A stretch of DNA of 64,000 nt from a bacterium (GTDB taxonomy: Bacteria > Electryoneota > RPQS01), in NCBI GenBank assembly GCA_016703065.1, contig JADJCU010000001.1, forward strand, positions 123,098 through 187,097, read 5' to 3'. Made by a program: the position numbers and the translations under genes. Shown piece after piece: positions 41,334 through 50,164 of this stretch; within the stretch, counting starts at the first letter, position 1, and every line of letters starts with the position of its first letter. The notes beneath the pieces are model-generated. The model searched no databases, was not told the DNA's origin, and saw only the letters and a program-made list of their open reading frames with translations.

Positions 41334-41978
41334 TCAGCGGACGGGGCCTCCGCCCCAGTATTTCCGCTGCAGAAACTTGTTGGTCGGGTAGGAGCCAATG
41401 ATCGTCGGCTTTAGATTCGTGCGCGTGGTTGTGTGATAACGATAGGCCTCCGGGTTGTAGTCGTGCGGCCACGCCCAGTACGGAGCATAGCTGCCGGGTC
41501 TGCCATCGTTGTAGTAGCGCGAGCCACAGGTGGATCCGTAGGCGCCTTTGTACGTCACGGGGCCGTTGTAGTACGTGCCATAATTCGTGAAGTACGGTCC
41601 CGCGCGCAGTTGTTCTTCGCCGCCGCGCATGTAGAGCTGCTTTGCGTCGTCGGGGTTGGCCACTTTCTCGTAGTTCAATCCGACGACGAGGTCCGGCAGC
41701 GCGTCATAGTCTGTGTCGAGCGGCCAGATTGCCTTCACCCTCTTGTAGTAGACGGTGCTGCCCATCGTCTCAAAGCCGCGAAATCCGAACGGCTTCAGCG
41801 CCGATGTATCGGTGAACTGCGCGACGTAGACCTGTCCGACGACGTACTTGACGCCGTTAATCTCGATACCTTTGTATCGATCCGGCGGTCGCAAGAGCGC
41901 GCGCCGGGCATGAGCCGCGGAAGATATCGCGAGTAGAATCAAGAATAGAGCCGCCAGATGTACGATGTTGCGATGCAT
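41334..41978 (-). CDS. Secreted Tyr/Gly-rich protein, function unknown
   Basis: Signal peptide MHRNIVHLAALFLILLAISSAAHA. Y/G-rich C-terminal half. Lies between hpaB and the TA island. Confidence 0.5.
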   Translation of the reverse strand: MHRNIVHLAALFLILLAISSAAHARRALLRPPDRYKGIEINGVKYVVGQVYVAQFTDTSALKPFGFRGFETMGSTVYYKRVKAIWPLDTDYDALPDLVVGLNYEKVANPDDAKQLYMRGGEEQLRAGPYFTNYGTYYNGPVTYKGAYGSTCGSRYYNDGRPGSYAPYWAWPHDYNPEAYRYHTTTRTNLKPTIIGSYPTNKFLQRKYWGGGPVR

Positions 41979-42107
41979 CTTGTGTCTCCTTTGGCTGGGG
42001 GTATATCTCAGCAAGTTATGCTTGACAATTTAGTCAACTGCGCAGTCTGGTCGCGGGCACGCCTCTACAATCATCCGCCGGGATATCGGGAATTGGGGGG
42101 CGTGGGA

Positions 42108-42434
42108 TCAGGCATCTTCCAAGTTCTTCAGCAATTGCGGAACCTCTTCGCGGATGATGCGCCAAATGCGGGAAAGGTCAAGCTCAGAGTAGTCGTGCAC
42201 AACTCTGTTTCTGAGCGAGACGATTTTGCCCCATTTGACATGCCGGTAGCGATCCAGAAACTCCTCAGAGAGGTTGTTAGCGGCTTCGCCGATTTTGCCG
42301 AATTGACGATAAACGATGTCTTGCACATCCTCGTCGCCTTCGAACTGTCGAAGCGTCATTCTGTTCGTCTTCGCCAGAATACGATTGCAAGCGTCACGAA
42401 TATCGAGCACGAGGCTCGCGTCATCACGCTCCAT
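42108..42434 (-). CDS. hepT: HepT-like toxin (DUF86) of a HepT/MNT type II TA pair
   Basis: 108 aa. R(x)4HxY-type motif (..LRNRVVHDYSELDLSRIW..). Overlaps the upstream MNT gene by 11 bp. Confidence 0.8.
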   Translation of the reverse strand: MERDDASLVLDIRDACNRILAKTNRMTLRQFEGDEDVQDIVYRQFGKIGEAANNLSEEFLDRYRHVKWGKIVSLRNRVVHDYSELDLSRIWRIIREEVPQLLKNLEDA

Positions 42435-42738
42435 AAATTGTATGCGATGAATTCAGAATTCGAGACGCGCGCAGTTGATTGCGGCTCTTGCGCACAGCGG
42501 AACGTTCCGCGATGTCGACTTTGCGGCACAGAAGCGCACCAAGCTCCTCTTCCATATCCATGACGTCAAATGTGCTCCACGGTGCATCCGGTAGAAAGGT
42601 CACCAACACGTCCACGTCGCTGCCGGGGCCGAAGTCATCGCGGAGGACGGAGCCATAGAGCGAGAACTCCGTGATCTTCCACTTCTGGCAGAAGGCCGCG
42701 ATTTCGGGCATGGGAATGGGGATGCGGGGAGTGAGCAC
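42424..42738 (-). CDS. mnt: MNT minimal nucleotidyltransferase antitoxin
   Basis: 104 aa. GS..R...G.GSDVDVLV nucleotidyltransferase motif (LYGSVLRDDFGPGSDVDVLV). Confidence 0.8.
   Translation of the reverse strand: MLTPRIPIPMPEIAAFCQKWKITEFSLYGSVLRDDFGPGSDVDVLVTFLPDAPWSTFDVMDMEEELGALLCRKVDIAERSAVRKSRNQLRASRILNSSHTIYGA
42671..42733. repeat. Direct repeat copy A (~63 bp, 61/63 identical to copy B), covering the 5' end and N-terminal coding region of mnt
   Basis: GTGATCTTCCACTTCTGGCAGAAGGCCGCGATTTCGGGCATGGGAATGGGGATGCGGGGAGTG. Confidence 0.6.
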
Positions 42739-42742
42739 TTTG

Positions 42743-42982
42743 TTAAAGTTCGTTAGTGAGTTTCTCTATCGGGCTGCCTGTGTGTTCTGAAACTGCTTGT
42801 AAGATACCGCGCAATGTTCCGGTTTTAATCACTTGATGCTCGGGCATGGCGATTGTTCGTCCGGGCGGTCCCGAGTGCTTCATGATAATGTGACTTCCGG
42901 ATTGCCTGTCGCGGACGAATCCCAGAGACTCCATCAGTTTGATGAGCTTCGCGGGCCGGACATCTGACGGAATACGCACCAT
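42743..42982 (-). CDS. hicA: HicA mRNA-interferase toxin
   Basis: 79 aa. ..LGFVRDRQSGSHIIMKH..GRTIAMPEH..IKTGTLRGILQ matches the HicA/YcfA family. Confidence 0.85.
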   Translation of the reverse strand: MVRIPSDVRPAKLIKLMESLGFVRDRQSGSHIIMKHSGPPGRTIAMPEHQVIKTGTLRGILQAVSEHTGSPIEKLTNEL

Positions 42983-42983
42983 C

Positions 42984-43232
42984 TTATGCTGACGCGCGAA
43001 TCGAGTGCAACGGAATCACCTCTTCCTTCGTTGTCATCAACATAAGGCGCACGACTTTGGGGCGGGTTTCCGGATTGTCGAAATACAATTCAACGGCATC
43101 TTTCACCATCGCCTTCAAGTCTTCCCAGTCTTCACCCTGCGTGAAGATGTCCGCCCCCAACGCACGCGCCCAATAGCCGCCCTCTTCCGCTTCGCGGACT
43201 TCGAAGATTATTTCGGATGAATCATTGTTCAT
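42984..43232 (-). CDS. hicB: HicB antitoxin (RNase-H-like fold)
   Basis: ..EVREAEEGGYWARALG..FTQGEDWEDLKAMVKDAVELYF matches HicB/UPF0150. Start moved to the internal ATG (MNNDSS..), because the track ORF begins at a GTG inside repeat copy B. Confidence 0.75.
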   Translation of the reverse strand: MNNDSSEIIFEVREAEEGGYWARALGADIFTQGEDWEDLKAMVKDAVELYFDNPETRPKVVRLMLMTTKEEVIPLHSIRASA

Positions 43233-43243
43233 TTCATTTCCTC

Positions 43244-43307
43244 CGTGATCTTCCACTTCTGGCAGAAGACCGCGATTTCGGGCATGGGAATGGGAATGCG
43301 GGGAGTG
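43244..43307. repeat. Direct repeat copy B immediately upstream of hicB; holds a truncated copy of the mnt N-terminus
   Basis: CCGTGATCTTCCACTTCTGGCAGAAGACCGCGATTTCGGGCATGGGAATGGGAATGCGGGGAGTG. On the minus strand it encodes MPEIAVFCQKWKITEEMK*, compared with MPEIAAFCQKWKITEF.. in intact mnt. Confidence 0.6.
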
Positions 43308-43629
43308 GATGGCATGGTTATCAGTTGTCGTTTGCTCTTTCTATTGACAGGAAGAATCGTTTTGTTAGCCCGGTAATTTCCGACTTAACTGAAATGACAA
43401 CAATCTCGCGATTTAGTTTTGGAAACAAGACTTAGAGCCCAGATGCCTTATCTCTGACGCGACAGATTCTTTTAGAATGTTTGGAACCGAGATTGTAGCT
43501 AACACGAGACTCAAGATCAGGTTCTTTCCTCACGGCGCTGGTAAGCGAGATAATGAACTTATCCAAACTACGATACAATTCTGCCTACTTGCCTCGGAGT
43601 GTCTTCTTTTCGTATGGTCCACTCATGTT

Positions 43630-45102
43630 CTATCCCCCCAACCTCGGGACGTGCGCGGGCTTTAGCGGCAGATGCACGCTTTTGGCTTCCATGAAGAATT
43701 CTTTGAAGGAGAGTTCGCCGCCTTCTCTGCCGATGCCGGACCATTTTGAGCCGCCGAAGGGCAGACGCAAGTCGCGGACGTTTTGCGCGTTGATCCAGAC
43801 CATGCCGCATTCGAGCGAGGCGGCGACACGGTGCGCGCGCTCAATGTCGTTGGTCCAGACATAACCCGCGAGGCCGTACTTGATGTCGTTGGCTTGGCGA
43901 ATCGCGTCGTGCTCATCCTTAAACTTCATCACGGTCAGCACCGGGCCGAAGACTTCTTCCTGCGCAATGCGCATATTGTTCGTCGCGTTGGTGATCAGCG
44001 TCGGCAAGAAGTAATTGCCCTTAGCGTAGTCCGCCGGACGATCACCGCCGACCAGGATCGTCGCGCCGTCTTCGCGCGCTACGTCCATGTAGTGACGAAC
44101 GCGTGCCCAATGCTCGTGATGAATCAGCGGGCCGACTTCAGTGCTCATGTCGTTCGGATCGCCGACCTTGATGTTCTTCACGCGCTCGGCCAGACGCTTC
44201 ACGAATTCGTCGTGGATGCTCTCCTGCAAGAACAATCTTGAGGCGGCGGTGCAGCGCTCGCCGTTCAGCGAATAGACTTGCCACAACGCGCCGTCAATCG
44301 CGCGCTCCATGTCCACATCCGCGAAGACTATGTTCGGAGACTTGCCGCCGAGTTCCATCGAATAGCGCTTCAGCGTATCGGCGCCGTTCTTGATGATGAT
44401 CTGCCCGGTCGTGGTTTCGCCGGTGAAAGAAATCAGATTGACCATCGGATGCGCCACGAGCGGCGCACCGGCGGACTCTCCGTAGCCATGCACGCAGTTG
44501 AACACACCGGGCGGGAGATCGGCCTCTTGCATGATCTTGCACAACTGCGAGGCGGAGAGCGGCGACCACTCGGCGGGCTTCAGCACGACTGTGCAGCCGC
44601 TCGCGAGCGCGGGCGCGACTTTCCATGTTTCGAGCATGAAGGGCGTATTCCACGGCGTAATCAAGCCCGCGACGCCGACGGGACGATAGATGACGTAGTT
44701 CAGCCACTCGTCGTTGACGGTGTAGGCATCGCCGCGCAACGCCTCAAGCTGATCGGCGAAGAAGTAGAAGTTGTCGGCCGCGCGGGGGATCGCACCTTTG
44801 GTGATCTGCGCCCGGGGAATGCCCGTGTCTTCAATCTCCAACTCGGCGACCGTGTTCGCGTGTTTCAAAATCAGATCGCCGATCGTGCGGATCTTCTTCG
44901 CGCGGTCTTTGACTTTCATCTTTGACCACACGCCGCTATCGAAGGCGTTGCGCGCGGCGCGAGCGGCGTGATCAATATCGACGGGCTGGCCTGAAGCGCA
45001 ATGGCCGATGACCGTGTTAGTCAGCGGCGTGAGAATCTCAAACGTCTCGCCGCTGTGCGACGGGACGAACGTGCTGTTTATGTAATGTTGGACGTTGTGC
45101 AT
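43630..45102 (-). CDS. hpaE: 5-carboxymethyl-2-hydroxymuconate semialdehyde dehydrogenase (NAD-dependent aldehyde dehydrogenase)
   Basis: 490 aa, colinear with E. coli HpaE (SPWNTPFMLETWKVAPALA, KRYSMELGGKSP, YSLNGERCTAASRLFLQESIHDEFV, ..FGGSKWSGIGREGG). Confidence 0.9.
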   Translation of the reverse strand: MHNVQHYINSTFVPSHSGETFEILTPLTNTVIGHCASGQPVDIDHAARAARNAFDSGVWSKMKVKDRAKKIRTIGDLILKHANTVAELEIEDTGIPRAQITKGAIPRAADNFYFFADQLEALRGDAYTVNDEWLNYVIYRPVGVAGLITPWNTPFMLETWKVAPALASGCTVVLKPAEWSPLSASQLCKIMQEADLPPGVFNCVHGYGESAGAPLVAHPMVNLISFTGETTTGQIIIKNGADTLKRYSMELGGKSPNIVFADVDMERAIDGALWQVYSLNGERCTAASRLFLQESIHDEFVKRLAERVKNIKVGDPNDMSTEVGPLIHHEHWARVRHYMDVAREDGATILVGGDRPADYAKGNYFLPTLITNATNNMRIAQEEVFGPVLTVMKFKDEHDAIRQANDIKYGLAGYVWTNDIERAHRVAASLECGMVWINAQNVRDLRLPFGGSKWSGIGREGGELSFKEFFMEAKSVHLPLKPAHVPRLGG

Positions 45103-45181
45103 TTAGTTGGTCAGAAGTCGGATACAAAGGGCTTTGCGCGCGGCATCAGTGCAGGGCGGCACGTCTGCCACCCCTACAGAG

Positions 45182-46045
45182 TCATTTCTTCAGAATCGGC
45201 GAGAGTGGCTGTGTTCCCTGCACGACCGTGTTCTCCAGCGCGCCGATGCCCTGGATTTCGAGGCGCATGACGTCGCCGGGATAGACGTGCGAGAGGCCTG
45301 CCGGAGTTCCCGTCCAAATCTGGTCGCCCTCCTCAAGTGTCATGATCATCGAGCAGTACTCGATCATCTCCTCGAGCGAATAGATCAAGTCCTTCGTGGT
45401 GCCGTGCTGACGCAGGTCGTTGTTTACGTAGGTTTTCAACTCGACTTCATGCGGCAACCCGAATTCGTCCGCAGTGACGATCCACGGACCGACGGGACCA
45501 AACGTATCCCAGCCCTTGCCGATGAGCGGCGGACGAAAGTATGGGCCGATGTGATCGCGAATGGTGACGTCATTGCCAATCGTGTAGCCCTGAACATAGT
45601 CCAAGGCATCTTTCGCTTTCACGTGGCGGCAGGTGCGGCCTATAATCGCCACGAGCTCCACTTCGTAGTGCATGTAGTCGCTCTTGGGCGGCATCAGCAC
45701 GTTGGCCTTATGGCCGACCAGGGAGGTTTGCGGCTTCAAGAAGATTGCCGGAAGTTCGGGTTTGGCGAGATTCAGCTCCTTGGCATGATCGGCAAAGTTC
45801 AAGGCGATGCCAATTACCTTGCCGGGCCAATTCGGCGGCAGCCAGACAACGGAATCAGGTTGGTATTCGGTACCGTCTTTGGACTTGAGGACACCGTTTT
45901 CGACGGTGCCTTGATGGAGTTGGCCGTTCGCGGCCCAGCGGGCGAGTTTCAAAGGAAAAAGTGCGTGGTGAGAGGTACGAGATATGAAATCAGAAATAAG
46001 CCGAGGGCGGGCAGGATCGTGCTCTGGAGGGGATAAACACTTCAC
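45182..46045 (-). CDS. Fumarylacetoacetate-hydrolase-family enzyme (HpaG-like isomerase/decarboxylase of the homoprotocatechuate pathway)
   Basis: Single FAH domain (..VELVAIIGR..GYTIGNDVTIRD..GKGWDTFGPVGPW..GDQIWTGTP.G). The start is probably internal, near LKLARW. Confidence 0.8.
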   Translation of the reverse strand: MKCLSPPEHDPARPRLISDFISRTSHHALFPLKLARWAANGQLHQGTVENGVLKSKDGTEYQPDSVVWLPPNWPGKVIGIALNFADHAKELNLAKPELPAIFLKPQTSLVGHKANVLMPPKSDYMHYEVELVAIIGRTCRHVKAKDALDYVQGYTIGNDVTIRDHIGPYFRPPLIGKGWDTFGPVGPWIVTADEFGLPHEVELKTYVNNDLRQHGTTKDLIYSLEEMIEYCSMIMTLEEGDQIWTGTPAGLSHVYPGDVMRLEIQGIGALENTVVQGTQPLSPILKK

Positions 46046-46118
46046 CCACCCGCCCCAGCACCAGCGTGGACGCTGGACCCGGTGCCGCTATCGCGCAGCG
46101 CCAGGGCGTCCAATTCGA

Positions 46119-47006
46119 TTACAGAAGACCGTATTTTTGCATTACTGCGCGCAGACGCTCCTGATTGGTCGCGCTCATTTCGCACAGCGGCAATCGCACT
46201 TCAAACTGAATCTTGCCCATCCAGCTCAGTCCGGTTTTGATGGGCACGGGATTGATCTCGTAGAAGATCGCATCGTTTAACGGCAGCATGTGGTAATGCA
46301 GCTCGCGGGCCTCTTCCCACTTGCCCGTTTGCACGAGATTGTAGACATTCGCCGTTTCGCGCGGCAACAAGTTCGCGGTCGCACTGAGAAAGCCCGCGCC
46401 GCCAATTGCCAGAATCGGAAAACAGAGCAGCTCGATTCCTGAGTAGACCAGAAAGTCCCGGCCCATGCGATGCAGCAGGCGGTTGATGTGCTCGAAATCC
46501 TTGTTGGACTCCTTTACACCGACTACGTTCGGGCATTTCTCAACCACGCGTGCGACCGTTTCCGGTTCAATATTCACCGCCGTGCGGCCCGGGATGTTGT
46601 AGAGAATCACCGGAATGCCGACTTGGGACGCGATGCCCGTAAAATAGCGAAAGAGACCTTCTTGGGACGGTCGATTGTAATAAGGGGCGATCAAGAGCAG
46701 CGCATCCGCGCCGAGCCGTTCCGCGTTCTTCGAATAGAGTACACCTTCTGCGAAATTATTGCTGCCCGTTCCCGGCACGAACGGCACGCGGCCCGCGATG
46801 GCCTCCTTGGCCAATTGATGGATGCGCATGCGTTCATCCTGAGTCAACGAGCTCGGTTCGCCGGTCGTTCCCGTCACAGAAATCCCGTGCGCGCCATTCT
46901 CGATCTGCCAAGTGATCAGCTTCTGCAGCGCGGCGTCATCGACACGACCTTCGCGAAAGGGCGTGGGCACGGGGACAATCGATCCACGGAGTGGGGAGAC
47001 CTTCAT
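46119..47006 (-). CDS. DapA/NAL-family class I aldolase (dihydrodipicolinate-synthase family); may substitute for HpaI or be dapA
   Basis: Colinear with DapA (..GTTGEPSSLT.., PYYNRPSQEGLFRYF, ILYNIPGRTAVNIEPETV, Schiff-base Lys in VGVKES). The start could be the M 23 codons upstream (47075). Confidence 0.8.
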   Translation of the reverse strand: MKVSPLRGSIVPVPTPFREGRVDDAALQKLITWQIENGAHGISVTGTTGEPSSLTQDERMRIHQLAKEAIAGRVPFVPGTGSNNFAEGVLYSKNAERLGADALLLIAPYYNRPSQEGLFRYFTGIASQVGIPVILYNIPGRTAVNIEPETVARVVEKCPNVVGVKESNKDFEHINRLLHRMGRDFLVYSGIELLCFPILAIGGAGFLSATANLLPRETANVYNLVQTGKWEEARELHYHMLPLNDAIFYEINPVPIKTGLSWMGKIQFEVRLPLCEMSATNQERLRAVMQKYGLL

Positions 47007-47320
47007 TGCGGGTGGGTTAAGTTCCAAGTAGGCGACGGGAGTGACAGAGTAGTCCAGAATACGCTTCCTACCCATAAATCTACAAACAAATCCCTATAAT
47101 TGAAAGGCTTAGTGCTCAACGCACCCAATCACCTATTCTATGCCAATTTTAATCTAAATAGGTATTTGCTTCGTCTTTGCCGGGAGTCCTCGCGCTTAGT
47201 CCGGATTCGGGAGGCAGTCAATTGCGCGGTTGTATCCCTCGTGACACAAAACAGCACCGGGCAGCCTTTCGACTGCCCGGTCCGCAGAGTGCGTCATGCA
47301 CCTTGAAATCTTTGGCCAGC

Positions 47321-48097
47321 TTATGCCGCCTGCGTCTGAAGCACCATCCGTTCCAGTTGGAATTGCAGCTTCAGTCGACGGACGAATTCGGTCATGCGAG
47401 TCGCAAATGTGGTCACAAGTTCGGGACATCCCGTGCCACCCGTAAGCGCGAACATTTCGAGTTGGAGCCGCTCGGCGGAAGCACAAAGGTCGCGGTGATC
47501 CATGACCGCGTCTCGAACAAGGTCCGCGAATTCCCCCGAATACGCTTCAACGTATTCTGTTCCTGCCAATTCAGCCGACAAGCGTTGTTGAACGGTGGGC
47601 ATGAGCAGGTACTGATCCCGGATTTGCCACTTTCGAAGCGCAGTGCTGAATTCCGCGAATCGCTCGAGAATACTGGTCAACGCCTCACACCGGCAGGTGC
47701 GTGTTTCTGTGATACGAATAGACAGCCGCTCCAAGTCGCGAATGTACTTGCGGGAAATTTCGTGGTGTAGGTCTTCCATCTTGTCCAACAGATTCTTTAC
47801 AACTGTCGCGTTACAGTCCCTGCCAGTTCCCACCGCCGGCAACTCAAAGTATAGTGCGGCATCCCGAACCTCTGCGTCCAAAATGCCGTTGTGCACTCTC
47901 AACAAGTCAAGCGCGAGCGCTCTCCCGTCACACGCCTCCGCGCTCTTGTGGTTGGAATCCCCGGACTTCCCTGCTGTTGACAGATACTCCATTGCCGTCT
48001 CCGCATTTGAAATCGTCTCATCGCCTGTGTCAGTAATATATATCCTCTGATAAATCTGAGCAAAATGACCCTTCACATTGTCCACAATCATGTACAC
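47321..48097 (-). CDS. Hypothetical protein (orphan) inside an AT-rich island
   Basis: 258-aa ORF with no recognisable motifs. Both flanks are AT-rich (47.08-47.3 kb and 48.1-48.42 kb). Confidence 0.35.
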   Translation of the reverse strand: MYMIVDNVKGHFAQIYQRIYITDTGDETISNAETAMEYLSTAGKSGDSNHKSAEACDGRALALDLLRVHNGILDAEVRDAALYFELPAVGTGRDCNATVVKNLLDKMEDLHHEISRKYIRDLERLSIRITETRTCRCEALTSILERFAEFSTALRKWQIRDQYLLMPTVQQRLSAELAGTEYVEAYSGEFADLVRDAVMDHRDLCASAERLQLEMFALTGGTGCPELVTTFATRMTEFVRRLKLQFQLERMVLQTQAA

Positions 48098-48439
48098 GTA
48101 GAATATTGCACTCCTTGTGGTACCTTATCCACGACTTGTTCACAAATCGCAACACAAGTTCTTGCGAGAGGCATCGATTAGTGTGATAGATATCACAGAT
48201 GCAATTGAACATAAACGATGAAATGAACAACAATGTGTAACAATTGCGACTGGTTCAACTGCTCAATAGTATCCTACATCACGCATCTTTTTCCATTGCG
48301 TTTCACTCTTTTCCCAATGTGTAGGCGTAAACCTCTGCGATGTTGGAGTTTGTCTACGGATTCTGAAGCTAAATGTTGTAATACTCCTACGTTCCAGTAT
48401 TCGAGACGGCCGCAAGGTGTTTGATGCCATAAACAGAGC

Positions 48440-49270
48440 AGGCAGCTGTCAGCTGCCCGCTCGACTTGCGATCACCGTGTTCGGAGCCTTATGCGGCCAA
48501 GTCCGCGCAGACCTCCTTGGTCATCACATGTGTTGCGATCGTCAGCGAATAGTCATCCAGCCAAAACGCGTCCGGATTCCGGCCAAATACCAGCGATCTT
48601 CCTTCATCTTCCGGCTTGGCGGCGTTGTGATAGCGAAAGATGATCAGCTTCTCGGTCATCGCGACCGGTTCGATCTTCCCTGTCCCGTGTGACATGATAA
48701 ATCGCACTCGTTTAGACAATCCTGACGTTTGGGCGCGAGTCGCTTCAACAAGCGCAAGCGTTTCCTCGATGGGCGTCACAAAGGGCTTGTTTCCCGCAGT
48801 CGGCCGGCATTGGAAAACGTAGTATCGGGCAACCCCGATCGCCGCCGGTCAGCAGCACGTTGGTGATTTCGCGGTGCTGCTCGATGTAAGCCAGTCCTGC
48901 TGATATGTCCTTCACTGCCTCATCGTTGTCACTCATGAACATCCGCTTGCGGAAGCAGTAGCGACAGTAGCCGGCGCATACATCATTGCAGATCAGCAGT
49001 GCGGTCGAAGGGTATTTGTGCTCCGGACCAGGTACACGAGTGTAACTTCTTTCGTCTGACGCATCTAAGCTCCCGGAACTCTCTTAGTTCGCGAATGTCG
49101 GGCATGATTAAACGTCTAATCGGATCGTCCGGGTCGTTCCAGTTGATCAGTTTCTGGTAATAGTCGTTGCTCCGAAAGACGAATTTCTCGGTCACGAGCT
49201 GGAGCTTCTCCCGTTCCAAGGTGCTGAGTTCGGCGACTTGCGAAAGCCAAGTGACATATCGGGGGTTCTT
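48440..49270 (-). pseudogene. Decayed lysine-2,3-aminomutase-family (KamA/EpmB-like) radical SAM gene remnant
   Basis: Three ORF fragments in different frames carry KamA hallmarks: ..YYQKLINWNDPDDPIRRLIMPDIREL.., the radical-SAM cluster CAGYCRYCFRKRM, ..VLLTGGD.., and a C-terminal ..SGLSKRVRFIMSHGTGKIEPV. There are several frameshifts, and roughly 80 aa are missing between the SAM motif and the C-terminal block. Confidence 0.6.
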
Positions 49271-49520
49271 CATTGCGCATTCCTTTTTTCCATCATTCTT
49301 GCGCCTCCCCCCCTTCGCACACAAAGTGCCTGGCGCGTCTTGCGGCCTCCCGGCTCAAAATGGAGACTTAACGGCACTATGTCAACTTGACCAGAACCAT
49401 TCGTATATTCTAACTTCATAAATATCAATGTTCATTTAATGAACGTGCGTTATGTTGCCCCCATAATGTAAATTTTGTGGCAGTTCGTTCATAGATTTGC
49501 CACAACATTCGAGAAAACGA

Positions 49521-49545
49521 AAGGGAGCACGATTGTGCTCCCTTG
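49521..49545 (-). terminator. Perfect hairpin AAGGGAGCAC-gatt-GTGCTCCCTT with a T-rich tail on the minus strand
   Basis: 10-bp stem. On the minus strand it is followed by TCGTTTTCTCG. Confidence 0.35.
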
Positions 49546-50164
49546 GGATTGTGGAAAATGCTGTGTGACTTAAGAAGCGGAGCGCCCGCCGCCGTGAACA
49601 AGCTGCGCGACCTTCGAAAAGGAACTCCCGGCCTGATCAAGCGCGGCCTTCAATCCGTCGACGATTAACGCGCCGTTGTGGACTCGAGTTGCGTTTGCGA
49701 CGATCAACGATCCTGGAGCCTTCGACCGTCTGCGGCAACGCTTCATACTCTTTCCTGCCTTCATTCAGACGCTCCCACCCCTTCGACTGCAACTGCGAGT
49801 ATTGGCGCGCTTGCGGAGAACTGAGCGGGTTGATCACCAGCAGGTTGTTCATCCGCAGGCGAATTGTGGCATTCCATTCTCTGATGCGCGAGCAAGCGGT
49901 ACACCCGTCGCTCATAACTGGGTCATCTGTTGCGCAGCAAGGGCTTCTTGAGCGGATAGAACGGATCCTCGGAGGTGAACCTGCCCAACTGGCACACCCC
50001 GGTCACAAGAAACGGGCAGGACCACCGCCGGTCTTGCCCGTTTCTCCTACACTGTGTGCGGATGCGACACCTGCTTGCGCCCGCACGCTTCACGTGTACC
50101 TTGAGGTCCGCGGCACGGGCCTCACTATCGGCGTCGCGACGACGCCTCCTCCCTGCTCGGGGGA

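Noticed and set aside
43217-43435. ORF 43217..43435 (+), 72 aa, overlapping repeat copy B
   Set aside because: It lies antisense to the hicB 5' region and the repeat, with no motifs. It is probably a by-product of the duplicated sequence.
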